A stretch of 64,000 nt of DNA from Nitrosopumilus sp. (GTDB lineage: Archaea; Thermoproteota; Nitrososphaeria; Nitrososphaerales; Nitrosopumilaceae), in the NCBI GenBank assembly GCA_965223425.1, contig OZ245003.1, forward strand, positions 2,400,001 to 2,464,000, read 5' to 3'. The notes beneath the pieces were generated by a model. The model ran no database searches. It saw only the letters and a list, made by a program, of their open reading frames with translations, and was not told the origin of the DNA. Below, piece by piece: positions 31,699 through 41,212 of the stretch. Position 1 is the stretch's first letter; every line of letters starts with the position of its first letter. Made by a program: the position numbers and the translations under genes.

Positions 31699-33462
31699 TT
31701 AGTTGATCGGCTTGATGTAGCACCGTTTTTTCACATCCACAATCCCACCTGAAAGAATTCTAACAGATGGCAGAGCCAAGAATGGCAGGAACAGGGGAAC
31801 AAGATGGGGCCTAGCAAACCTGCATCCTGAATCTACAATAGCGTGGTTGATTTTTTTAAAGTTTGATGAAACCCTTTCAAACGAATCAGTTGAGACGATT
31901 CCTCCAAATTGCAAAGGCAGCGAGGCTAAAATTTTGCCGGATTTTACCACAGCAAGCCCCCCTTGATTTCGGATAAGATGGTTTGAAGCTAAGGCCATAT
32001 CAGAGTCATTTGAACCAATGACTATCATATCATTTTCATGAAAGCTCCAGGTGGAGGCAAACGCGCCAATATCGGCTCCAAAGTTTTCCAGAAATCCAAT
32101 GCTGTGTCTGGATGTCCCGTTAATTCTATCAAATGCTGCAACCTTCCAGACATCAGAATCTAAAGAGGCAGGGACATGGCCGTCCTTTGGATGCAGTTCA
32201 GCTGATCCGATTTTTGTAATTATCTCAGTCTGCATAAATATTGTATTTGCAAGAACGTCTTTCTTTCTTGATTTAACAAGAAAATCATTTTTTGAGAATT
32301 TTTTTAGTTTGACGGTTTTTTTAATCCAGGGCGGTATGGTTTTTTTCTTGAAGGGTACTACAAAACGTCCATTTGAAACCACGAGCTTTCCACCCACAAA
32401 GACTTTGCTTGGTTTGAATGATTTCAAGTCATTAAAAACCAGAATGTCTGCTAGTTTTCCAGGTGCTATACTGCCAAGATCTTTTCCCATGTTGTAATAG
32501 TCAAAACTGTTCTTAGATGCCATTGTAACTGCGTCTATAGGTTTGAGGCCAAGCTTGATTGATTCCCTGATGCAATGATCAATATGGCCAAATTTTTCAA
32601 TATCTAGCGGATCAATGCCATCTGAGCAAAACATCAGGCGGTTAAGATAAGTTCCGTGAGACAAAACACGGGGAATGATTTCCTTCAGGTCGCGCCTTAT
32701 CGAGCCTTCCCTAATCATTACCCACATTCCAAGACGCAGTCTTTCTAAGACCTGATCAAAATTAATCGGTTCGTGACAAGAGAGTATGCCTGATGAAACA
32801 TAGGCATTGAGTTTTTTTTCACTTATGCCTGCTGTATGCCCATTAATTATACAATCACACTCCAGCATTGCAGAGAGGGATTTCATTGTTTTGGGTTCAC
32901 GCAAGGTAACTCTAGTCCACGAAAAAACTTCCCCTAGGCCAAGAACGTGGGGGTGTTTTATTGCGGATTTTTCCTGCGATAGCGAGAGATGCTTGCTGTT
33001 GCTAAATTTTGCATCCACTGGAAGGCCTCCTGGAACTACCTGAAAAAGTCTTGCCGGTAGATCCTCTCCAAGTTTGAGGAATTCTTGAAAGCCCTTGTAA
33101 CCTGAAACGCTAACAATGTCAATCGGATCAGAAAAAAGAGAGGTGACGCCGCAAAGAAGTGCCTTTTTTACAAATTCAGACGGCAATACAAATTGGTCAA
33201 TGTGCAGGTGGGGATCTGCAAAACCGGGGCTTGCATATTTTCCGTTTATATCAATGACTTTGGTTTTTGGACCCATTGTATGCGCAGCATCCGGGCCAAC
33301 ATATGCAATCCTGTCATCAGTTATTGCAATCTGGGTTTTTGGAATAACTTCCTTGGTATATACTGACAACAAGTTACAGTTTTTCAAAACCAGATCAGCT
33401 TTTTTGTCACCCATTGCTACAGAATTCAAGGAAGAGATCGAATGCGCTAGACTCGAAGTCAC
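31699..33462 (-). CDS. ade: Adenine deaminase
   Basis: PGFADPHLHID, IREGS, FCSDG, GSIAPGKLAD and the C-terminal adenine deaminase domain. Confidence 0.88.
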   Translation of the reverse strand: MTSSLAHSISSLNSVAMGDKKADLVLKNCNLLSVYTKEVIPKTQIAITDDRIAYVGPDAAHTMGPKTKVIDINGKYASPGFADPHLHIDQFVLPSEFVKKALLCGVTSLFSDPIDIVSVSGYKGFQEFLKLGEDLPARLFQVVPGGLPVDAKFSNSKHLSLSQEKSAIKHPHVLGLGEVFSWTRVTLREPKTMKSLSAMLECDCIINGHTAGISEKKLNAYVSSGILSCHEPINFDQVLERLRLGMWVMIREGSIRRDLKEIIPRVLSHGTYLNRLMFCSDGIDPLDIEKFGHIDHCIRESIKLGLKPIDAVTMASKNSFDYYNMGKDLGSIAPGKLADILVFNDLKSFKPSKVFVGGKLVVSNGRFVVPFKKKTIPPWIKKTVKLKKFSKNDFLVKSRKKDVLANTIFMQTEIITKIGSAELHPKDGHVPASLDSDVWKVAAFDRINGTSRHSIGFLENFGADIGAFASTWSFHENDMIVIGSNDSDMALASNHLIRNQGGLAVVKSGKILASLPLQFGGIVSTDSFERVSSNFKKINHAIVDSGCRFARPHLVPLFLPFLALPSVRILSGGIVDVKKRCYIKPIN

Positions 33463-33494
33463 AGTTTTAATTAGATTTTGCGCCTATTATAGAT

Positions 33495-34822
33495 GGTTCT
33501 GTCAAGTTATAGGCACCTGAAAATTTTCAATTCAGGGAAGATCCATATTTTAGCTTTCGAAGATTACATAGAACCGAGGATAGGCGTACATAAATGCTCC
33601 AAAATCATAGAATATTTGTTGAAGGCAACAAAGTCAGTAGCACAAAAATATACACCAAACTCTGACCTAATGGATATGATGGTCACATTCACAGAAATGG
33701 TTAACCGTTGCATCAAGACAGGGTTAAAAGAAGACACACACAATATGAAAGGGTTATCATGTCTATGCTATCACGAATTGAGAGACTGACATTTTATCGT
33801 CATACAAACTAAATGCAATATCAAGGGCTGCTGGCATACTGGCAAACAGAAAACAGTCAATAAAACGTGGCATCAAGGTTAGATACCCAAAGGTAACAAA
33901 GCCGTTTATCACTAATTGTTATGGTATAAAACACAATGGTGCACTACTCACAATCCCATACAAGAGTAGAAATCCAATCAACGTCTTGTTAAACCCACAC
34001 ACCCAAAAAATCCTGTCGAATCCTGCCTTGACAGTACGCTCGTTTTCATTGACTGCCCTCAACATCAGTCTTTGTGTTTCCAAGGAAACTGAAAAGATAG
34101 AATGTACAAAGACAGTAGGAATCGATAGAAATTTGAGGAATGTTACATGTGGCAATGAGGGACAGGTAACATTTTACAAGACAAACAAACTGCTATCCAT
34201 AAAAGAGAACACCATGCACGCCAGAGCCGGATTCTACAGAAATGATCGCAGAAAGAAAGGCCAATTCTGGAAGATAAAACAGCGAAGAATGGCCAATAGA
34301 ACAAAACAATACATACACAGAATATCAAAAGATATTGTGGATAATGCCGTCAAAGAAAAGGCTGTAATCGTTCTAGAAAACCTAAAAGGAATTAGAAAAC
34401 TCTACAAAAAAGGAAATGGCCAAGGCAACAAGTATAGGCGCAGATTAAACGGATGGCAATTCTACGAGCTGCAACGCCAAATAGAATACAAAGCCCAATG
34501 GGTCGGGCTCCCACCAGTCGAATATGTAGACCCAAAAAACACGAGCAAGATGTGTCCAAGATGCGGAAAGAAACTCCAAGAGGACATGCAACACAGTCGT
34601 AAAATGTCGTGTAATAATTGCGGATTGTACATGGACAGAGACATTGTAGCTGCCATGAACATATCACGCAAACTGTCCCCTAGGTTTAGGGATAGTAGAG
34701 ATGACATAGGTGAAGCGCAGTCCGGTGTTTTTGAACCGGCGATGATGGAACCCTGCATACCGGTAATCCAGATAGTCGATATGTCAAAGTCGAGTGATAG
34801 GTGCCTATAACTTGACAGAACC
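33495..34822 (+). mobile_element. 1328-bp TIR-bounded non-autonomous element carrying tnpB only
   Basis: Perfect 24-bp TIRs GGTTCTGTCAAGTTATAGGCACCT (33495-33518; reverse complement at 34799-34822); 8-bp TSD TTATAGAT (33487-33494, 34823-34830). Confidence 0.93.
33616..34810 (+). pseudogene. tnpB: TnpB (RNA-guided RuvC endonuclease), one frameshift near 33787
   Basis: N-term ..KATKSVAQKY..CYHELRD continues in another frame as DILSSYKLNAISRAAG..; RuvC motifs GIDRN, VLENL, DRDIVAAMNI; Zn finger CPRC..CNNC. Confidence 0.9.
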
Positions 34823-34867
34823 TTATAGATTCAATGCTTAAATTACGGTTTGGAAGGTTTTGTTGGT

Positions 34868-35149
34868 ATGAACATTCCCAAGGTGATCAGAAAGTATTGT
34901 GCAAAATGTAAAACACATACCGAACAAAAGGTCTCCATCTACAAGGCTGGAAAAAGACGCGGTTCTGCCAGAGGCGAACGCCGACACGCAGAACGTAAAC
35001 GGGGATATGGCGGACAAAAATTCCCAAAACTGGCAAAACCGGCCAAAGTTACAAAGAAAGTCACTCCCATTATGACATGTACAGTATGTAAAAAGAAATA
35101 CAACAAACCAGGTATCAGAATTAAAAAGTTCGAGTTGGTGGCCGCATGA
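34868..35149 (+). CDS. rpl44e: 50S ribosomal protein L44e
   Basis: YCAKCKTHTEQKV...GYGGQKFP...AKVTKK..CTVC. Confidence 0.96.
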   Translation: MNIPKVIRKYCAKCKTHTEQKVSIYKAGKRRGSARGERRHAERKRGYGGQKFPKLAKPAKVTKKVTPIMTCTVCKKKYNKPGIRIKKFELVAA

Positions 35150-35343
35150 AAAAGGATCACGTGGAAATTCCAAAACCATCAAGCGAATTTCAAAAAGTTA
35201 ACTGCAATGAATGTGGCGAGCTTCAAGTGGTTTATTCTCATGCAACAACATCGGTTGCATGCAACTCCTGTGGCAACGCCATTACAAAAGCGACAGGCTC
35301 AAAAGCCGAAATAAATGGCAAAGTCTTAAGTAGTGCCGAGTAA
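35146..35343 (+). CDS. rps27e: 30S ribosomal protein S27e
   Basis: PSSEFQKVNCNEC...CNSCG; follows rpl44e. Confidence 0.95.
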   Translation: MKKDHVEIPKPSSEFQKVNCNECGELQVVYSHATTSVACNSCGNAITKATGSKAEINGKVLSSAE

Positions 35344-35913
35344 ATCATAATCCTGCTTTGTGTTTAGATTAAGCGCAATTCTTTTGTCATCAATTACAAT
35401 ATAACTCTCATCTAAATTTTCAAGAGAAGAGATGCTTTTAGAATTTACCAGAGATATTCCGGTATAATGACACTCTTGATTTTCAAAATCAACGGAATAG
35501 TCTGATTTAATTCCAAGCGAAGTTAAAAACTTGTTTGTAACGACGACGCTAGTCCAGATGTTTTGAGGGTTGTATCGGGTGACAATTTTTTGTATGATTT
35601 GTTCATCCAGCAACGGCAGATCACCAGAAGTTACAAAAACATCATCATCATCAATAGTTTGAAGCACTGAACTTAGATCCTCAACATAGCCCATTCCAGA
35701 AGTATCAAAAGTTGCAACATTGTTTTCTTCTAGCAGTTTTTTTGTTTTGGGCGAGCCAGGACTAGTCACTGCTAAAATTTTTGCAAAGCGGTTTGAGCTT
35801 TTCAACGAGTCAATAACATGTAGGATTACTGGTTTTTTGTATTTGAGCAACAGTTTCTCATCATCCAAATTCATGCGAGTGCCTTTGCCGCCTGCCATCA
35901 CAATCCCAATCAT
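35326..35913 (-). CDS. cobY: Adenosylcobinamide-phosphate guanylyltransferase (NTP transferase)
   Basis: MAGGKGTRM..EK, GDLP and NLNT; in the cobalamin cluster. Confidence 0.85.
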   Translation of the reverse strand: MIGIVMAGGKGTRMNLDDEKLLLKYKKPVILHVIDSLKSSNRFAKILAVTSPGSPKTKKLLEENNVATFDTSGMGYVEDLSSVLQTIDDDDVFVTSGDLPLLDEQIIQKIVTRYNPQNIWTSVVVTNKFLTSLGIKSDYSVDFENQECHYTGISLVNSKSISSLENLDESYIVIDDKRIALNLNTKQDYDLLGTT

Positions 35914-36635
35914 ATTGAGACAAACACCATCAAAGAGGCCAATCTTGTAAGTTCGTTGGTTGCGCCAAGGACATCGCCTGTGATTCCGCCAAAACTACGA
36001 GTCGAAATGGCCAATACAAAAATTGTCAGGGTGACAGTAACGCCTAGCATTACAAGTCCGGCAGTCCCGCCAATAACAGCAACGGGAACAAGCATGATGA
36101 CAAAAGCTGCTGCAAGTTTCCTCTTGTCTTTCATAATTGAGACAAAAGGAGTGTTTGAGCCTAGTGAGGCAGAGTTTCCCAAACTAGCCATCAGCACCAT
36201 TGAGAATTTAGCCAAAATTTCACTAATCAAAACTGCCTTGAACAGATCAAACCCGCTTGTAAGGGAGATGGTGATTACCAGACCCATAAGATACAAAACA
36301 ATTCCAACTATTCCAGCAGAGCCGGCAGAAAGGTCTTTCATTACTTTTAGCTTTCTGTCTTTGCTACCCTTGGCCATAAGGCCATCTGCAAAATCAGCTA
36401 ATCCGTCTGCATGGTGAATTCCTGTCACAATTGCAAGGGAAGCCACTACCAACAGACTAACTAGCAAGGGATCCAAAAAGAAGGACAGCCCAAAACCGAA
36501 CGAACCGACTAAAAGTCCGATTGCAATTCCCACAATTGGAAAAACGTACATGTATTTTGCAATGTTTTCTAACGTTGCATTTGATGATGGAAAGATGGTC
36601 AGAAAGGAAAAGACAGAACCGATTTCTTTAAGCAT
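35910..36635 (-). CDS. cobS: Adenosylcobinamide-GDP ribazoletransferase
   Basis: HHADGLADFADG, MKD..GSAG and FGGITGDVLGA. Confidence 0.93.
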   Translation of the reverse strand: MLKEIGSVFSFLTIFPSSNATLENIAKYMYVFPIVGIAIGLLVGSFGFGLSFFLDPLLVSLLVVASLAIVTGIHHADGLADFADGLMAKGSKDRKLKVMKDLSAGSAGIVGIVLYLMGLVITISLTSGFDLFKAVLISEILAKFSMVLMASLGNSASLGSNTPFVSIMKDKRKLAAAFVIMLVPVAVIGGTAGLVMLGVTVTLTIFVLAISTRSFGGITGDVLGATNELTRLASLMVFVSI

Positions 36636-37599
36636 GAATCCACCATCCAATCACAGATAAAATAGAAATTATTGGAACAGTGATTATCCCAAAGAAAAGA
36701 AAAGAAGTAAGCTTCATCATTGTGATTGCAGAGCAAACATGCTGTTTTGTTAGCGTGGTTTTGCCATCGCCTAACTCGTAATGACTGATCTTTTCAAATT
36801 TTGTTCCAAGTGCGCCTGCCAATGCAGCCATAGGATATCCTGCGTTAGGACTTTCAGTGTTTCTGCCATCTCGTATCATTATTTTGTATGACTCCTTCCA
36901 ATTGTTTTGTAAAATAGCAGCCGAAATGATCATAATTAACCCCGTGATTCTAGAAGGAATGTAGTTTAAAATGGTGTCACATCTTGCGGCAAACCATCCT
37001 ACGTTTTTGAAGATATCAGTCTTGTATCCAATCATCGAATCTGCAGTGTTGACGACTCTGTACACAAATGCCCCAGGCAAGCCAAAAAGAGCGTAATAGA
37101 AAAGAGGTCCGGTGATTCCATCAACGGTATTTTCGCTGATGCTTTCAAGCACGCCTGAAATTACGTGGTTTCTGTCTAGATTTTTGGTGTTTCTCTTTAC
37201 TATCATGGCCAGACTTGCTCGTGCAGAATCCAAATCGTCGTGTTCCAGAGAATCTACTACGGCTAGAGCATAACGCTCCATGCCTCGAATTGCCATAGTG
37301 GTCTTGAGCAGGATTGCCCCAACCACAACTGTGGCAACCAGGATTATCCAATCAACTGCAAGTAATGAAATTCCTAGATTTAAAATCCAAAGCAACGCAA
37401 TAATTATTCCTACAGGCATTACAATTACAAAAACTCCTCCAAGTTTTTCAGCATACGCATTATGATTTTTAGCTAGCGGGGTCAGGTTTGCAATTAACGT
37501 GCCAATCCAAGCAGTAGGATGGTATCTGCTCTTAGGATCTCCAAAAGCAAAGTCCAATCCCAAGGCAAAGGCAACAATTACTGTAGATTCCAGAATCAT
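36628..37599 (-). CDS. cbiB: Adenosylcobinamide-phosphate synthase
   Basis: GDP..HP, ESISENTVDG, YRVVNTADSMIGY and SPNAGYP. Confidence 0.93.
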   Translation of the reverse strand: MILESTVIVAFALGLDFAFGDPKSRYHPTAWIGTLIANLTPLAKNHNAYAEKLGGVFVIVMPVGIIIALLWILNLGISLLAVDWIILVATVVVGAILLKTTMAIRGMERYALAVVDSLEHDDLDSARASLAMIVKRNTKNLDRNHVISGVLESISENTVDGITGPLFYYALFGLPGAFVYRVVNTADSMIGYKTDIFKNVGWFAARCDTILNYIPSRITGLIMIISAAILQNNWKESYKIMIRDGRNTESPNAGYPMAALAGALGTKFEKISHYELGDGKTTLTKQHVCSAITMMKLTSFLFFGIITVPIISILSVIGWWIHA

Positions 37600-38435
37600 T
37601 TTAACATCCTCTCAATTGCCTTGATGTTTAGGTTATTTTTTACAGTTTTTGCTAGTTTGCCTAGCTCCTTGTCAATTTTAGAAATATTGTGTCTAGTCCA
37701 GGCAATCTCTTTTGGTTTTGCATCAAGTGAGTCCTCTTCAGGCAAATCCATTTTCAGCATTGGGATGGTTCCCAAAACTGGAACCCTTGTAATTTGTTTT
37801 ATTTTTGCAAAGCCTGGTTTTAGTACATCTATATCTCCACGAAACTTGTTGAAGACAAATCCCTTGATCAGCTTTTGATATTTTTTTTCTAACAGTGTCA
37901 TGGTTCCCACCAAACTTGCAAAAGAGCCTCCCTTGTCAATATCGGATACCAGCAAAACAGATGCATTTACTTGCTCGGCAATAGACATGTTTGCAATATC
38001 AAATTTTTGCAAATTTATTTCTGCAGGAGAACCTGCGCCCTCTAGAATTACCAGATCATAGTTTTTTTCAAGCCTATCTAAAGAATCAGTCGCGGCTTTG
38101 ATTCCTTTTGATTTTACAAATTTTGCATAGTAGTCTTTTGCATGCATTTTCTTGTAACGCTTACCGTTAAGATAGACTGTACTATAGTAATTTCCCAACG
38201 GCTTGAGCATGATAGGATTGAGGTCCGGTGTGATTTGGCACCTGGCGCCTATTGCCTGGATTGCTTGGGCACGGGATATCTCAAAATCAGGCGTAGCATA
38301 GCCAAAATTTGACATGTTTTGTGATTTGAATGGCGCAACGCTGTAGCCTTTGTCAGCAAAGATTCGACACAATGCCGCAACTAACGTTGTCTTTCCAGCA
38401 CCGGAGGCAGTTCCCTGTATCATTAAAGGATTCAT
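37596..38435 (-). CDS. cobQ: Cobyric acid synthase (synthetase domain only)
   Basis: QGTASGAGKT, PFKSQNMS, EGAGSPAEINL, NKFRGD and LPEEDS. Confidence 0.9.
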   Translation of the reverse strand: MNPLMIQGTASGAGKTTLVAALCRIFADKGYSVAPFKSQNMSNFGYATPDFEISRAQAIQAIGARCQITPDLNPIMLKPLGNYYSTVYLNGKRYKKMHAKDYYAKFVKSKGIKAATDSLDRLEKNYDLVILEGAGSPAEINLQKFDIANMSIAEQVNASVLLVSDIDKGGSFASLVGTMTLLEKKYQKLIKGFVFNKFRGDIDVLKPGFAKIKQITRVPVLGTIPMLKMDLPEEDSLDAKPKEIAWTRHNISKIDKELGKLAKTVKNNLNIKAIERMLK

Positions 38436-39511
38436 GCTACTGCCTCCAATGCACGTATCAGTTTTAGGTTATCCTTATGAGATTTTATTGCAATTCTGAT
38501 ATAATGATTGTTCAGACCCCTGAAACTCTTGCAATCGCGTATCAAGATTTTATGTTTTAACAGTCTCTTTTGAAGTTTTGTAGAGTCTTGCTTTGTTTTA
38601 ATCAGAATAAAATTGGTTGATGATGCATGACATTCAAATCCTTGAATATCGGCAATCCTGTTTTTAAGAAAATAAGATTCTTTTTTTATCATAGATTTTG
38701 ATTTTGTGATATGGGCCTTGTTCCTGATTGCAATCAATCCTGCTTCTTGGGCAAGAGCATTAACACTCCAAGGAATTTTCATCTTTTGTAAAATATCTAT
38801 AATTCGTTTGGAAGCTCCAGCATACCCTATTCTAATACCAGCTAAACCAAATGATTTTGTAAGTGATCTTAGCACAAAGAGGTTATCATGTTTTTTTATT
38901 AAATTTAATATTGACTGGTTTGATTCAGGAACCAATTCAATAAAACACTCATCAACAAACACAAAACAGGATTTTCTTTTGGCAGCGGAAATAATTCTAG
39001 TTAGCTGTTTTTTTGACAATACTGTTCCAGTGGGATTGTTTGGATTGCAAACAAAAATACATCCATTGGAAGGAATCTGAGAAATAAACGAATCAATGTG
39101 CTCAGAAAGGTTCATTGTTTTAAAAAAAACAATTTTACAGCCAGCCAGCTTTGCTGCAGCTTCATATTCTCCAAACGTGGGAATAGGAATCAAAACACGT
39201 TTTTTTGACAAAAAGGCACTGCAAAAATTATAGATTATCTCAAGTGCGCCATTTCCAACAATCAGATTTAATTCTGGCAATCCAGTATATTTTCTGAGGC
39301 CAGACATCAAGTCATTTGAATTTGGGTCTGGATAATGTTCTATTTGTCCCAGTCTTTTTTTCAAGAGAGGCTTTACAGATGCCGGCATTCCAGCAGGGCT
39401 TGTGTTTGAGCTAAAATCCACAATTCTGGGATCCCTATTGGCTACAGAATATCTTCCCCCATGAGGCACGGGATTATGTGTCGCAATAGCCGATTTTGTC
39501 CTTATTTTCAC
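38432..39511 (-). CDS. cobD: Threonine-phosphate decarboxylase / class I-II PLP aminotransferase
   Basis: HGG, DFSSN, CNPNNPTG, VDECF and RSLTKSFGLAGIRIGY. Confidence 0.85.
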   Translation of the reverse strand: MKIRTKSAIATHNPVPHGGRYSVANRDPRIVDFSSNTSPAGMPASVKPLLKKRLGQIEHYPDPNSNDLMSGLRKYTGLPELNLIVGNGALEIIYNFCSAFLSKKRVLIPIPTFGEYEAAAKLAGCKIVFFKTMNLSEHIDSFISQIPSNGCIFVCNPNNPTGTVLSKKQLTRIISAAKRKSCFVFVDECFIELVPESNQSILNLIKKHDNLFVLRSLTKSFGLAGIRIGYAGASKRIIDILQKMKIPWSVNALAQEAGLIAIRNKAHITKSKSMIKKESYFLKNRIADIQGFECHASSTNFILIKTKQDSTKLQKRLLKHKILIRDCKSFRGLNNHYIRIAIKSHKDNLKLIRALEAVA

Positions 39512-39596
39512 AGTACCAAATAAGAATGGGCAATATAGTATCTTTTGGTAATTTGAAAAACGATTATTAATTGAAATCAACCAGTCCTAGATCGTC

Positions 39597-40673
39597 GTGG
39601 AAAAGAAAAGAGTAGCAATTATTGGAGTGACAGGTGCCGTAGGACAGGAATTTGTCCAATCCTTAGATGGCCACCCATGGTTTGAGGTAACTCAAATCGC
39701 AGCTTCTGAACGTTCAGCAGATAAGAACTATCTGGATGCAATCAAAGATGCAAGTGGAATTATTGCATGGGATGTCAGTGGAGAAATTCCAGAATACATC
39801 AAATCAATGACTGTCAAGAAAATTGATGATCTTGATGTATCACAATTGGATTTAGTATTTTCAGCAGTAGAATCTGTAGCAGCACGTGATATTGAAACTA
39901 AAATGGCAGCAGACTTGCCAGTGATTTCAACTAGTTCCGCATACAGGTATGAAGAAGATGTTCCAATTCTCATTCCAGGCGTAAACGATGAACAAGCTGA
40001 ACTGCTCGAAATTCAAAAGAAAAATCGCAATTGGAAAGGTTGGGTAGCACCGCTGCCAAACTGCACTACCACCGGTTTGGCAATCACGCTAAAACCGCTA
40101 CTGGAAAAATATGGTGCAAAGAAAGTCATGATGACTTCAATGCAGGCCATCTCAGGTGGTGGAAAATCCGGAGTCTCTGCAATGGGAATCACTGATAACA
40201 TTCTGCCGTATATTCCAAAAGAAGAAGGAAAAGTTAGAACCGAGACAAGAAAGATTTTAGGCAAACTCAAGGACGGTAAAATAGAGGATGCAGATATCAG
40301 AGTTAGCTGTACCTGTACCAGGGTTCCTGTAATTGATGGACACACTGAATCAGTCTTTGTGGAAACTTCAAGAGACATTGATCCTGCAAAAGCTAAAGAG
40401 CTCTACAACTCTTACAATCAAAGCATTTCAGTTGAAGGACTGCCTTCTGCACCAAAAGATTACTATGCATTTCATGAAGATCCAACAAGGCCTCAACCAA
40501 GAATGGAGAGAACCGTCGGGGATGGAATGACGACAACTATCGGAAGAGTGGAAAAAGAAGAGTTGTTTGATAACGGTCTAAAGTACATGTTGTTCTCACA
40601 CAATAAAAAAATGGGTTCGGCAAAAGGTGCAGTGTTGTTAGCAGAAATGCTATACAAAAAAGGCAAGATTTAG
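39597..40673 (+). CDS. asd: Aspartate-semialdehyde dehydrogenase
   Basis: GVTGAVGQ, PNCTT, QAISGGG and RVPVIDGHT. Confidence 0.96.
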   Translation: MEKKRVAIIGVTGAVGQEFVQSLDGHPWFEVTQIAASERSADKNYLDAIKDASGIIAWDVSGEIPEYIKSMTVKKIDDLDVSQLDLVFSAVESVAARDIETKMAADLPVISTSSAYRYEEDVPILIPGVNDEQAELLEIQKKNRNWKGWVAPLPNCTTTGLAITLKPLLEKYGAKKVMMTSMQAISGGGKSGVSAMGITDNILPYIPKEEGKVRTETRKILGKLKDGKIEDADIRVSCTCTRVPVIDGHTESVFVETSRDIDPAKAKELYNSYNQSISVEGLPSAPKDYYAFHEDPTRPQPRMERTVGDGMTTTIGRVEKEELFDNGLKYMLFSHNKKMGSAKGAVLLAEMLYKKGKI

Positions 40674-40762
40674 ATTATTTTTTGCAATTTTTACAATAAT
40701 AACTTTATAAGAACCAGAAATCTAGATCGATTCGGGTGTTTTGAACGGTAAAAGTAGATGAC

Positions 40763-41212
40763 TTGGATTTGCAAATTTTATCAGAATTATCTAACGACGC
40801 GTCAATTTCTGTTCCACGGCTGTCAAAAAAGATCAAAGTTAACTCGTCAGTGATATATTCAAGAATCAAAAGACTGACCAAAAGAAAGCTAATTGAGCGG
40901 TTTACAATCATTGTTAATGATGCTGAACTTGGCTATAGTGTCAAAGCTCTAACTGGAATTAACATGGACACAAAAAAACGCGATCACATAATTGACGAAT
41001 TATTCAAAATTGATGGGGTACGGGAAGTGGCAGAAGTTACAGGCAGGTTTGACATATTGATAACCATGTATTCAAAATCACTAGATCAAATGCACAAAAT
41101 GGTTTCTGAACGAATAGGCAGGATTGAAGGAATCCAGTCCTCAGAGTCGTTTATTGAAATGAAATCACGTGCCAAAGTAATGCCATATATGTCATCAAAG
41201 GATAGTGACTAG
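40763..41212 (+). CDS. Lrp/AsnC family transcriptional regulator
   Basis: N-terminal HTH and EVTGRFD AsnC domain. Confidence 0.9.
   Translation: MDLQILSELSNDASISVPRLSKKIKVNSSVIYSRIKRLTKRKLIERFTIIVNDAELGYSVKALTGINMDTKKRDHIIDELFKIDGVREVAEVTGRFDILITMYSKSLDQMHKMVSERIGRIEGIQSSESFIEMKSRAKVMPYMSSKDSD

Noticed and set aside
33493-33789. Separate small gene (e.g. tnpA) upstream of tnpB
   Set aside because: No HUH/Y1 or serine-recombinase motifs; its 3' part is the frameshifted TnpB N-terminus.
33986-34810. Cas12f/Cas14 CRISPR effector
   Set aside because: No CRISPR array or cas genes adjacent; the context is a TIR-bounded mobile element.
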